From the human T2T-CHM13v2.0 reference genome, Homo sapiens, in NCBI RefSeq assembly GCF_009914755.1, contig NC_060938.1: 64,000 bases of DNA, one strand, 5' to 3'. The position numbers were made by a program, and so were the translations under genes. Shown piece by piece: positions 1 through 14,424 of the stretch; position 1 is the stretch's first letter, and the number at the start of each line of letters is the position of its first letter. The notes below the pieces were generated by a model. It worked only from the letters and a program-made list of their open reading frames with translations. It made no database searches and had not been told where the DNA came from.

Positions 1-227
1 TTTTTTTAATTTTTTTTTTTTTTATTATACTCTAAGTTTTAGGGTACATGTGCACATTGTGCAGGTTAGTTACATATGTATACATGTGCCATGTTGGTGC
101 GCTGCACCCACTAACGTGTCATCTAGCATTAGGTATATCTCCCAATGCTATCCCTCCCCGCTCCCCCGACCCCACCACAGTCCCCAGAGTGTGATATTCC
201 CCTTCCTGTGTCCATGTGATCTCATTG
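1..227 (-). mobile_element. 5'-truncated L1HS (pre-Ta type) 3' end with poly(A)
   Basis: Reverse complement reads CAATGAGATCACATGGACAC...GATGAC-ACG-TTAGTGGG...AAAACTTAGAGTATAAT-poly(A), with the ACG and G diagnostic positions. Confidence 0.9.
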
Positions 228-512
228 CAGAACAGGTATTCTTATGGATGGTAAGAATTACAAATTATTGCCCAAAGTAAAGACTAACTATAAAATGAAA
301 AGAAATATATTATGGGTAAGAGTGAATCTACAATGGTTTTGCTGTCTTAAAATCACTAATAAAGCATGTTATCAGTTTAATCAGCTACCATCTCTAAAGA
401 TAGATGAGTGGCCAACATTAACTTTTAAAATTGATTATCTTAAAACTTAGTAATTGAAGTCCAGAGGCTGTCACAGAATTAATCTTTCTTTAGAAATCAT
501 TTTGACATCATT

Positions 513-641
513 AAAAAGTTAAAAAAAATTTTAGAGACAAGATCTCATCAGGCTGGCCTGGAGCTCCTGGGCTCAAACCATCCTCCCACCTCAGTCTCCC
601 CAGCAGCTCGGACTATAGGTGTATTGCACCACGCCCAACCA
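513..641 (-). mobile_element. Alu monomer (FLAM-like)
   Basis: Single Alu arm; TSD ttgacatcatt at 502-512 and 642-652. Confidence 0.75.
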
Positions 642-710
642 TTGACATCATTTGAGAGCATGATTTATGACTTATACAGAGGAGAAAGAATTGAATCCTA
701 TTTATACTCA

Positions 711-997
711 TTTGTTGTTGTTGTTGTTGTTGTTGTCCAGGCTGAAGTATAGTGGCTCCATCTTGGCTCACTGCAATCTCTGCCTCTCGGGCTCAAGCCA
801 TACTCCCACCTCAGCCTCCCGAGTAGCTGAGACTACAGGCGTAGGCCACCATGCCCAGCTGTTTTTTGTATTTTTTTGTTAGAGATGGGGTGTCATTATG
901 TTGCCTAGGCTAGTCTGGAACTCCTGGGCTCAAGCAATCCGCCTGCCTCAGCCTGCCAAAGTGCTGAGACTGCAGGAATGAGCCATTGCGGCCGGCC
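711..997 (-). mobile_element. AluJ with (TTG)n-converted tail
   Basis: J-type diagnostics (ctcctgggctcaagc, tatgttgcc). Confidence 0.85.
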
Positions 998-1003
998 AAT
1001 GCT

Positions 1004-1544
<541 letters not shown>

Positions 1545-1595
1545 TTATACTCATTTTTATATTCATTTGGTTTATTACTTTGAAGTTATGATATT

Positions 1596-2273
1596 GTTAT
1601 TTCATTAAATCTAAAAGCCATCAACTGTAAGACACACCATTATTTTATATTCCAATAAGAAATAAAAGCACGGCCAATTGAAACATGAAAAAATGTTTTC
1701 TTATCACGTTGATTACAAGATATATCCTTGTATTCCACATTGATTGCAAATATTATAAAATGTGTGTGGTAGGTAGAATAATGGCACCCCAAACATCATG
1801 TCCACATCCTAATCCCTGGAACCCATAAATAGGTCACATGGCAAAAGAGAATTAAGGTTGCAAGTGGAATTAAGGTTGCTAACCAGTAAACACAGAGACT
1901 ATCAAAATGTAATCACAAGTCTCTTAAAAGTGGTAGAGGGAAGCAGAAGAGAGTCAGGAGGGGATGTGACTACGGATGAATGGTTAGAGAGAAACAAGTT
2001 TGCTGGTTTTGAGGATGGAGGAAGAGGCTATGAGCCAAGGAATGTGGGTGCCTTCTAGAAGGTGGAAAAGGCAGGAAAATGGATTGTCTCCTAGAGCATT
2101 CAGCTCTACTGACACCTCGATTTTAGCCCAGCAAGACCCATGTCAGACTTCTAGCCTACAGAATTGTAAAACAGGATAAATTTGTGTTTGTTCAAGCTAC
2201 TAAGTTTCTGTGATCTGTTATGACAGGGATAAGGAAACTAATACAATGTACATTTTAGAACCCATGAATACAA
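1596..2273. mobile_element. MER104/Tc2-like DNA transposon remnant split by an MLT1 LTR
   Basis: Degenerate terminal inverted repeats tatttcattaaatctaa... and ...ttagaacccatgaata on either side of the LTR. Confidence 0.5.
1765..2245 (+). mobile_element. MaLR solo LTR (MLT1D/E-like)
   Basis: tgtggtaggtagaataatggc...ggaaactaataca with TG...CA ends and a 5-bp TSD atgtg/atgta. Confidence 0.85.
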
Positions 2274-4819
2274 TATAACTTGCACAAATTTGAAGTTACA
2301 ATATTTATGTTTTACTAGATATATAAATTCATGAGCTTTATTAAGCTATTATTCATATAAATGTTTTAGACAATCTTGAAAAGTATAATGATGCAATCCT
2401 CTGCCACAGAAGACAACCTTCATCGGAATGTATAAATTCAGATAAGTATGTCCAAAAACTAACCTCACTACTCAATACTTCACCCATGTCTCTGATGTTT
2501 AGTTCACTTCTATTTATTACAGATGTACAAAAGCAAACGTCTACAATGGTACAAAAATTATGCATATGGATTAATAATCTTTGATAAGAAATTACAATAA
2601 GAAATTCAAATATTCTAAAACTTGTAAAGCCTCTGTAACCAGACCAGAAATTGGTCTATAATCAGCAATTCTTTATCCTGCAAGAGAATGAAAAATATTA
2701 ATTGGTATTTATTTGTTTTTCAAATTAAAAAAATAAATTCATTGTGTTAACTGTGGGTCCAACCCACTAGAAAGTAAGTCTATACAAACATATGGTTTGC
2801 AACTATACTACTAAATACAAAGGTGAATTTCTAAAAACAAAACAAAATAAGCAAATTTATCATGAAATAATCCCCAGTGGCAGATATGCTATACTCTAGA
2901 TCCCAGAGCTCATAATCTCAAATATAAAACCTGACATTCAACAAATAAGTCCAACATTTTCCAGGCAGTTTGGAAATGTCACTTCACATGTGCACAGTGA
3001 GCTATCCATCAGAGGGCACCCACTCTGAATACAAAATGAATGACCCAGGCAGGTGGTTTGCATCAACAGCTCAGCAAATCATCTAAGAAAACTATTCTTT
3101 TGCTATTCTTAGGCCATTATCCTTACTCCCAGTTTCACAATTCCAGGATCATAATTGCAACTGGCCCAATATCTTGATATTTCTGTCTGACAGTTTTTCT
3201 TCTTATATCTTTCTTTTCTCTATCATTGCTGTCTTGTCACACAAATACAATTTGCTGGAACCTTTCCCTTATCTTCCCTCAAATCAAAGGTCACTGTTTC
3301 CAGCTTCTGGAATCATGAGGCAGATATTTATTAAGGCAAAATAGAGATTTCAGGCAATATCTTGTACCTGTTAATATTCATCTGATTTGGTTTAGCTTCT
3401 GCCCATCAGAAAAAAGAATGAATAAACGAACCCATCTCCTATTCATTAACAAAATCATACTGGAGCCTTCTTTTTGAAGCATTCATTTGGGTAGCCAGCA
3501 TAGGCTCTCAGACATTATATCTGCATGGCCACAGATGCTGTGCTCTCAGCTCTCCAATTCTTATTTTCATCACCCTAAAACCCCACAATTCTTTGGTAGA
3601 CATTGCTGCTCACTATTTCAATGAGAAGCAGATTATCTGAGTGGCTATTGAAGCAAATGACTGAGCTAATGAATTGTTCTATTACTGCTATTAGCCTGAT
3701 TATTATGAGTGCTGCTTTTTACAGAATTAAAATGCTGCTTTTGTCTTCTAAAATAATCCAAATTACCAAATTACCAAAGTAATTTACAGATATTTCCTTA
3801 ATTTTCTTCAAGAAGGTTATAATGGAAGTAATATTATGTCCTCTTGTATATAAAAGGATTTGTTTTCTGGAAGTCACCATAATTAGTATTATTAAAACTT
3901 GAATTTCCTATCTTTTATATTGTATCTGCTAAAATAAAAGATGCTAAATTGAAAATAATTTTTTGTCATTCAGCAATTTTCTAAAAATTTTTAATCTTTA
4001 AAATCTGCTTGCCAACTATTTATGGTCCACCCAAAATATGAAATACATAGGCAAAAATATTATTGCACATTATAAATTTCAGAAGCCATGAAAATCATGT
4101 TTTATTTTCTTCTCTATTTTTGTGGTAAAAATCAAAATCATGGCCTTTTAATCTGAATGTATTCATCTTTCTCTAGTAATGTAGCCTATTGACTAGAAAA
4201 GTAGGTCAAGCTTATAAAATCCCTATGCTTTGATTTTTGAGATGAAAACATTCATATAAGAAACAGGAGGTAAGTGGAAAAGATGTCTACAGAGCCAAGT
4301 CTGTACACAAGTTTATCCACTAAAGATCAGTTAAAGACAATTTATTGAAAGGATAGACTTTTGGGCTCTTATTCCAAGCCAGTTTACTCTGATTTTAAAT
4401 TAAATTCTAACAAACCCGATTATTTAGCTTCTAAGTCTTCAACTGATTGAAAATAATGCTTCTATAAACAGATTATAGTAATCTGACAGCCTATCAGTAA
4501 CTGACAGCCTATCAGTAAAGAGACTGAAAAACAAATGAAAAATTAAAGAAAAGTCCCATGGTAATCTAGCAGCCTAAGCCAGCACTAGTCAGTCTCCCAG
4601 AGTAGTCCTGAGAGTGTCCCTGCATTACAGGATGGCACAATCATGGAACTCAGATCCAAAACCTAAGTTCATTCCAGACATGACCCCTTATTATCTGAAC
4701 ATCCTTGAGCTAGTTACTCAGGTGATGTGAGGCTCACATCTACAGAATGGAAAAGGTATTTCTGCCTTGCCTACTCTAACGACATTCTTGGTTGGGAAGC
4801 CTAAATGAGATCTAGTAGT

Positions 4820-5205
4820 ATTAGCTAGGTCATTGATTCAGGTACTTGTGAATTGTCTTCACCCAGAATAAAGACTGCATTTCTTAGCTCCTCTTCAGCT
4901 AGGTGTGGCCCTGAAACTGACTTCTGGCCATTGAGATGTGGAGTGGGGAGTGGGACATGCATCCTCCAGGCCATACCCTCCCGTCATCTGTTCCCACTGT
5001 GGTAGTGAGAAGGCCACTGGGGTGGTGCGCTGGTGAGCCACCCTGGGCCAGAGGATGGCCCCAAGACCACAGCTGCCTAGACCTCCAAGGATGGCTTCAA
5101 CAGAACAGATATACTCAGCTGTCTTTTACGTGAAAGAAATAAATTTCTATTACGTTTAAGCCCCTTCAATTCAGCTACATATGGTGTGACTCACTATCAC
5201 ACTAA
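4820..5205. mobile_element. Old MaLR LTR fragment (MLT1J-like)
   Basis: Typical motifs ctaggtgtggcc...gacttctggccattgagatgtg and gaaataaatttctat...tttaagcc. Confidence 0.55.
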
Positions 5206-5900
5206 TTCAAAATGACAAATGCTCTGAAGATTATGGATGGGATTTGTTATAAGCTTTTGGAAGAATAAGAAAAATATTGCTGATTCTTAAACATAGTGAG
5301 TTATATTCTTAGCTCTCCACATACAAGCAAGAATTCTCATGTAATGTTTTGCATTTTTCTTCAGGGACTATAGAAGGAAAGAAGGGTTGCGGAATCTTGG
5401 GCTGACTACACAGTTTCTCTAAGTTCTTTAGGGCAAGTTAGAGAACAGGCCTGTAAAGGAAGAGCTAATGAAAGGGAGGCTTAGTCTGCCAGGCCTATGA
5501 CCAACCCCAATATCAGCACGAGCTTCCCTGCTTTGCCCACCTCCACAATGGTCCTGGGAAATCAGTTCTTTCCTCCAAGGAGGGAAACAGTGAAACACCG
5601 ATCAGAAAACAGAGGAAGGGCAGAGATTTTTCATTCCCCCAAACAGCACTTCAATAACTTTCCCTCATGTTACTATGGTTACCACATGACTTCTGAATTA
5701 GTTTCTACAGAAACAGCAATTGTGGAAGCAGATAGGCTAGCATTTACCCAGGTGCCTTCATTAATAACAGGAAATGCAGGCCATCCCTTAAAATATACAG
5801 ATGATAGGGTAGTCTATTCTTTCAACATTTACTTTTTTTTGTATTTGTTCACCAATTTTCAAATTGGAAGCAAAGCATTGGGAGCACAATGAAGAGAATG

Positions 5901-5932
<32 letters not shown>

Positions 5933-5939
5933 CCTGCTT

Positions 5940-6291
<352 letters not shown>

Positions 6292-6860
6292 CTACTAGGA
6301 ATATCTGACCATCAGTGAAACTTCTTTAGAATATTGGCTACTACCACGGCCCTAAAACCAGGTTGCAAATAACGCATTAAATGGAAAATATGATACAAAT
6401 TGTTTCTTAAAAAAGTGTTTTATCCTAATTTCAAGGTTTCTGTAGGTCATTCATTCCAAAAGTAGATTCCACCAAACTGGGAGTCACAGATAAGTCACCT
6501 CCTGCCTGGAATACTTCAGAATTTATAATGGGCTTTCTAGCTTTCTGTTGTTTCTTTCCACAGACTGTAGTTGGCTTCTAGGATAATATTTCAGAAACAG
6601 CATTTTCGTCATATTATTTATGTGGTGAGAATCTCAACATTCTTATTTTGTAATTGGTCAATTCTTACCACCTTAGCCTAGCTGTCAAAGTCTTATATCA
6701 GCCTAACTTCCTATGACCATTTAGCTAACCCTTTACTCCCTCAGTATTCCTTAGGGCAGCATCCTAACATTCTCTCCGTATGTCATAATTTTCTTATATT
6801 TATACAACCACACAGTATGTATTCTGTGTCAGCTGCTGTCACTCCACATAATGTATTTGA

Positions 6861-7189
<329 letters not shown>

Positions 7190-7553
7190 TATATTCATTC
7201 TCTTATAAGAAGCAGATTGATTCTTACATGATTGCATATACCATGACAGCATTTGTATTGCTGAATAGTATTCCATTAACTTTATGAAAAATTGTCAGCT
7301 TTCCAAAAATCATTTTATTTTCCCACTAGCAATGGTAGAAAATTCTAGTTACTTCACATTCTTTCTAACATTTGCTACTGTGAGTCTTTTTCATTTTAAT
7401 AAGTTATATAAAATGGCATCTTATTATGGCTCTAATTCACATTTTCTTGATAAACAATGATGTTGAGTATGTGTTCATGTCCTTAATGGCATTCCTACAT
7501 TTTTTGTGAAGTGTCTGCTCGAGTATTTTGTCATTTTAAAAAATTGGATTGTT

Positions 7554-7870
<317 letters not shown>

Positions 7871-8829
7871 TTATTGTAAGGATATACATATTGAATTTAA
7901 GTCCTCTGATACATGTACAATTTTTTCCTAGTCTGTATCTTGATGCTTAAGCTGTAATTTCTTTAATTTTTTGTGGTTAGCACTTTTTGTGTCCTGTAAG
8001 AAATTTTTGCTCATTCCAAACTGAAAATATATTCCCCTATATTTTCTTCTAGGAGCTTAATGATTGTAGCTTATACTTTTAGGCCTATGATCCAATAAAA
8101 ATTAATGTTTGTGTATAAATTGAAATAGAAGTTGAGGTTCTTTTGTTTTTTATTATGTATTCATTTATTTTTACATACACAATCCAGTTGTTTTAGCAGC
8201 ATTTATCCTACTCAGGGTTCTGTAAGCTTTTTGGATCTGTGAGTTGAAGTAACTCTTCATCTTTGGAAAATTCCAAGCCATCATATCTTCAAATATTTCT
8301 TCTGTCTTATATCCCCTCCCCTACTATTGCAGGACTCCAGTGATATGTATGTTAGGCCATATGATATTATCCCACACGTTTCAGACCATCTATTCTGTTT
8401 GTATTCACTTTTCTTTCCTCTTACTGCTTCAGATTATTTCTGAAGTGCGTTAGATTATTTCTTCTTAAAGTTCACTGATTCTTTCTGCCGCTATATCCAG
8501 TCTGTTATTAAGTCCAATAAATAAATTATTTATTTATGATATTGTGCTTTTCATTTCTAGTATTTACATTGGTTCTTTTTATGGTTCCTCTCTCTGCTGA
8601 AATCACTCAACTGTTTATGCATGTTATTCAACTTTTCTACTAAGTCCTTTAATATGCTTACTATATTTATTTTGAAATGCCTGTCTGTCTGATAATACCA
8701 ACATCTGGGCCATCTTTGGGCATGCCGTGTAGACTGCTTTGGTCCTGATGAGGTGGTCATATTTTTCTCGATTTTTTTGTATGTCTCACAACTTTTTATT
8801 GTATACCAGAAACTGCACTGTAAAGAGCA

Positions 8830-11390
8830 ATAAAAGTACCAGTTTCACTCATGGTGGAGTAGCCTTTACTGAAATAACCCTCATATAAGTATCAATTATA
8901 AACCCTGGGGAATATATGTAGATATTTGAAAACTATTTGAAGGCATTGGAGAGCAACCCAAATCAGGCATAAATGGAAGAAATTATATGTAGATCTATGT
9001 TTATAGGGGTTATTTTGGTGGGGGAGGGATATCAAGGATAGTCAGGAAAACCTGAAGATTTATTGGCCAGTGGTGAGGGAAGGCAGAATTTTAGCTGCAA
9101 GACCAGCTGGAAATTGAGAGGGGAATCCTTGAAATCTGTATTTAAATTCCACCTGAAATGCTTGGCTAATCCCTGAACTGTGGATGCATGGGAGAGACTC
9201 CAAGGAGCTCAGCAGAAAGAAACAGCTGTTAACAGTAAAATAAATAAGCAGAGATATCTGCATCTGCCAAGTGAAGAGGAGTTAGAGCTTGAGTCCTATC
9301 AGTATGAATTACTTTATAGATACCTTGGAATTTCCAAAATCCACCCTAACAAAGTAGAATGCTAAGCCACATGAGATATGTGGAGAAATAGAAAATGAAA
9401 TCCATAGTTTAAAAGAAAAAAGGAAGAAAAATCAAGCAACAGAAACACCCTGAGATGAGCCAGATGTTGGAATTAGCAGGGAAAGGCCTCAAAACAGCTA
9501 TGATAAAGATGTTCAATGACTTAAAGGAAAAAATGATCATCATGTATGAACAGATGGGGAATTTCAATGAAGAAATGAAAGCTATAAAAAAGGCATCAAA
9601 TGGAGATAATAGAACAGAAAAGTATATTTATAATAAGCATCAATTTAATGGGCTTAACAATATACTGGAGTAGGCGGAATAAAAAATTCGGAAGGCATCA
9701 ATAATAATTATTCAATCTGACAGAGAGAGGAAAAAAGTTTAAAAATGAACAGAGATTCAGTGGCCTGCAAGAAATAACTAATCAGCCTAATATACATTTA
9801 ATTAGAGTAGAACAAGGAAGGGAAAGCAAGAATCATGCAGGAAAAAATATTTGAAGAGATGGTAGTAAAAATGCTCCCAAATTTGGTTAAAAAATTATAA
9901 ATCCAAGTTCACTGAACTCCAAGCAGAATAAAATTTTCAAAAAACAGCAGAAGTACACATACATATGACAGTCAAAGTCCTAAAAACCAAAGATAAAGAT
10001 AATATTATGAAATTAGTCACAAAAAGACATATATACAGGGGAGTGACACTATAAGTAACAGCTGACTTCTCACCAAAAACAAAAAAGGAAAGATGGTAAT
10101 GGAATCAAATTTTTAAAATACTAAAACAAAAATAAAACTCAGAATTTTACATCCAAAGAAAATATCCTTCAAAAATTAACGGAAAAGAAAGACATTTTTA
10201 GATAAATAGAAGCTAAGACAATTTGTTTCCAGGAGATTTATACTACAGGAAATGTTAACAGGAATATTTTTAGTGTCAAGCGGATTGAAACAAGATTGCA
10301 ACTTGAAACCACAGAAAGGAATAAAGACCATCTGAAATGGGCATAAATACATATATGTGTGTGTGTGTATAATATATAACAGATTGTATAGTTTCCCTCC
10401 TTAATTTATCTAAAAGGCATATGATTATTAAAGGCAAAAATTATAGCACTATATTATGGAACTTACAACATATGAAGATTTAATATATATGATAACAGCA
10501 CAAAATTAAAGGTGGGAGAAATAACTGAATGGTTGCAAGGTTCTGATATTTGATGTGTATGTTAGCTGTAGGCAGACTGTGATCAATTAGAACATAGACT
10601 GTGTATATTGACTATGATCGATTAAGAACATATAATCTCTAGGGCAGCTAGAATAAGTACTGTAATATATAAAATACTGTAATAAATAAAAATTGTAACT
10701 AAATACTCAATAGATAAATTATAATTAAATAGTAAAAATTACAAACAAGCAATAAGCAGGTGGAATAAATAGAAAAATGGTAGCCTTAAATCCAACCTTA
10801 GCAAAAATTATATTAAATTCAAAAGTGTAACTACTCCAATTAAAAGGTAAAGACTAGCAGACGGAATAAATAAGTCCCAACTATAATTATCTATAAAAAG
10901 TGTATTTTAAATATAAAGAATCAAAAGTTAAAAGGGGAAGAAAAAGGAAAGGATATAATAAAGACTAGAAATCAATGAAATTGAGAATAACAGAAATATT
11001 TCAAAGTTGGTAGTTGGTTTTCTGAAAAATACTAATCAAGAAACAAAAAGAAAATACACAAACTACTGACAACAAGAATGGAAGAGAGGATATCACACAC
11101 AAAAAAAATCCTATAGATATTAAAAGGATAATAATATTATTAATAGCTTTATTACAATGAAATCAACAACAGCCTAGATTTTAGAAAGGCCAAATTCTTT
11201 CAATATAATGAACCAAATGGAGACAAGAAGCAATATAACTTCTGAATATCCCATATCTATTAAAATATTGAAATCATTATAAATCATAATAAATCATAAA
11301 TTATATCATAAATCATAAATATTGAAATCATTATAAATCATAAATAAAGCTTAAGGCACAGATGATTTTACTGGTGAACTCTGACTGGCT
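8830..11390 (+). mobile_element. Old L1M element (5' region, ORF1, part of ORF2), decayed
   Basis: A-rich; ORF 9455-9673 (QMLELAGKGLKTAMIKMF...) is L1M ORF1-like; motifs acagctgacttctc, gaaaatatccttcaaaa and gatgattttactggtgaa. Confidence 0.8.
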
Positions 11391-12475
11391 CCTCACTTTG
11401 GGCCACTGCAGCAGGCTTTATGATCCAGCCAGCTGGCTTTACAGTCCTTCAAAACCTAGGGAATCAAGAAGTTAAGAAATTCTTCTCAATAATATTAACA
11501 ATATAAAAAATAGCTCAACATTTTGTGGGCTGGTTTCCTCAGAGCTTTGTGTTACAGTAGGATCCATAAATTTAGGGATTACATATATGAATCCCTGTGT
11601 GTATATGTACATGTGGGCACGTGCATATTGCTTCAATATGTGTGAAATGTTCCAGGAAAATGAAATCAGCCTCTTTAAGAAGTCAACTTTGAAACCGCTG
11701 AATGTCAACAAAGGTGGAAAAACTGGTGTTGAGTACATTTTACTGGCTGCTTGGTAATTCCAGCTGCTCTTTAGAGAGAAGGCTTTGGTAAAACCAATAG
11801 TCCAGAAAACCCTCCTTGATGGATAATGGATGCTTAAGAGAGTCCAGGAAGTGCACTGTATGGGGCAGTCACAATATGTCATCTTCCAGCCAAAATCTAG
11901 CTACATGGAACACAAAGTCAAGGTTCATTTCTGAAAAGGGACAGGGAAAAATAAAGACAAATCCTGAGCTAAGTGGAAGAAGTAAGGACACACATTTTTG
12001 CCCTCCTTTGACAAGTGTAGACAGTGTAACTGCTGAGTTGAGATGAAGGTTAGATTTAAGCTGATGAGGGTTTTAACACCAAAGTGGCCATAGAGGCCTG
12101 GAGTTGGGATTCACTTCATGAGCATGAGATTTTAAGACAGCATTCAAATAAGTGGCTGCTACCTTGTCCTGGAAGGGAAAACAGTTTGATTAAATAGCAA
12201 TCATTTCACATTAGCTTGGCTCCTTTAAGCTGCTATGCCCTTCAGAGTAAAACATAAGGCCCACTTGAAGAGGGTGCTTTGACATTTATAAGTGAGTTTA
12301 CACAACTGAAATGATTCAAAGAGTTTGTTAAAGTGAAGGGTAAAGAATTTTGAATCTTTCCTGATTTTTCTGAGCCGTTAGTCCCAGCATCAAATACAGG
12401 GCCTGTGCCATCAACTTCTTTATCACTTACTGATTATTTTCATTGGCGTGCAAGCAGGCCTGAGCATCTCTTTTA

Positions 12476-12552
12476 GAAGGAAGGAAGGAAGGAAGGAAGG
12501 AAGGAGGGAGGGAGGGACGGAGGGAGGGAGGGAGGGGAGGGGAGGGGGAGGG
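12476..12552 (+). repeat. (GGAA)n/(GGGA)n purine tract
   Basis: Directly visible. Confidence 0.95.
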
Positions 12553-12589
12553 AGACAATTTTCCTTTTCACCATATCTCCTCCAGTTAC

Positions 12590-14422
12590 TGCCCCATTTC
12601 TGTGTTCTTGATGGCAAAACACCTTTAAAGCCCTGACTAAACTCAGTGTCTGTGTTTCATCTTTCATTCTCTCTTCAACCAATTCCCGTCAGACTTTTCA
12701 TCCCCGTTGCTTCACTGAACCACTCTTGGAAAGGTTCTCATTCATCTCCATCTTTGCAAACCCAAAGGTCAGTACTTTGTCTTTGTCTCATACAACTTCC
12801 CAGCAGTCCTTGACACAGAGAACATTCTGCTCTTCTTCAAACTCCTTCACTAGGTTCTGGAACACCACATTCCTGATTTTCCATCCTGTGTCACTGGCTG
12901 TCGCTTCTCAGTGTCTTTACTGGTTCCTCACTTGGCTCAACCTCTATACTCTTTCCAACATGCTCTTATCCCATGGCTTCGAATCATGTATATGAACTGT
13001 TAAAAGACAAAATTACAAATCTAGTTTAAAGATCTTAACTGGCTTTTAGTCACGATTCTGGAATTGAACAGCTCTCCAAGTCAGAGCACATTCAAAGCAC
13101 TCCAGTCTGCTGCGTGGTCAGACAGCATTTATGGACAGAAAATGGAAATGAGGTGCAGAAAACGGAAGTGAGGTATAGAGATAGCTCCACTGGTTGCAGC
13201 TCGGCGTTTGCCTTATTTGGACACAGTTTGAACAGGTGGTCGCCTGCGATTGACTGAAGCTCTGCTGTTGTGATTGGCTGAGACTTAGCTATTTATTACA
13301 AAAGTATACTCTTAAATTAGGCTTTCAGTTAGTTTACATACTAAATTAGTCTGCAGTTCCTTACATAAGGACTCATGTATGGAGGCGTCCTCAGGCCAAA
13401 TTTAGTTTAATTTAACAGGACTGATGACTTCTAAATTTATCACCCACATCTGACTTCTTCCTTGAGCTGTAGACCAGGGCATTAGATTTTGTACTCTCCA
13501 TCTTCACCTGTATGTCTATGAGCACCTCAAATTTAACTTGGACAAAAAACAACTATTAATATTTCCTCCCTCAACATGTTAAACTAGTTCCCTCCCCAGT
13601 ATTCTTCATCTTAATACATAGTGCCATTATTTAGCCCGTTTCTGAGGCCCCCTCCTAATAGTCATCCTTGATTTCTCTCTTTTGTACTGTAAGTATCTTC
13701 CAAATATAAGAGTTTCTTACCATCTCCACTTCTAAAACCTTAGTCCTAGCCACCATCACCTCTCTCCTGGACCACGACAACAGCCTACTAACTTCTACTG
13801 TCGGTTCTTGCCCTGACAGCCAGAGTATTCTTTTAAAAATGCAAATCAGATTACATCATTCTCCTGCTTAAGACACTCCCATGGCCTCCTACTACAACTA
13901 AAATAACATTCAAACCCTTTGCCAGGATGTACGTAATTAGACCCCCATCTATCTCTCTGACCTTATCTCTTACCATGTCTCCTACCTCCCACTTTGCTGT
14001 AGCCCACTGGGCTTCTTTCTGTCCCTTTCATTCCTGCCTAAGGATCTTTGCATGTGCTATTTCATCTGTTCGGCTGGCCCTTCCTGCAGATCTTCACAGA
14101 GGGCTGCCCCTTCTCATCACCATTTAGGTCTCAGTTCAGTGTTCCTTCTCAGAGAGGCTTCCCCTGACCACCTGAGACAAAGCAACCTCCTTACCACTTC
14201 CTTCCAAACACTCTCCATTACATTCTACCATTTACTTTTCCTCACAGCACCAGCCCTTACCTGAAAATCTACTGTTTATTTTATTTTGTGTTATGGCTAT
14301 TTCTTCCAACAGAATTAAGCCCCAAGACAGCAGAGAAAGTCTTGTGTATTGTTGTATGCCAAATTCCTAAAAATTACTGACGCATAGCAGGCATTCAATT
14401 GACACTTGCTGAATACATGAAT
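12590..14422 (+). mobile_element. L2 3' portion, interrupted by an ERV LTR
   Basis: C/T-rich L2 motifs (aaatgcaaatcagat, caccatcacctctctcctggac) ending in gcattcaat...gctgaatacatgaat. Confidence 0.75.
12998..13417 (-). mobile_element. ERV1-class solo LTR (MER57-like)
   Basis: tgttaaa...tttaaca inverted termini and a 4-bp TSD gaac/ggac; the minus strand starts tgttaaattaaactaaatttggcctgagg. Confidence 0.75.
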
Positions 14423-14424
14423 TA

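Noticed and set aside
5497-5892. 131-aa plus-strand ORF
   Set aside because: No recognisable domain, promoter or processed-pseudogene hallmarks; consistent with a chance ORF.
9455-9673. L1 ORF1-like reading frame as a domesticated gene
   Set aside because: A short fragment embedded in a heavily mutated L1 with frameshifts and stops on both sides.
11472-11882. 136-aa minus-strand ORF
   Set aside because: Low-information, non-domain-like sequence; likely a chance ORF.
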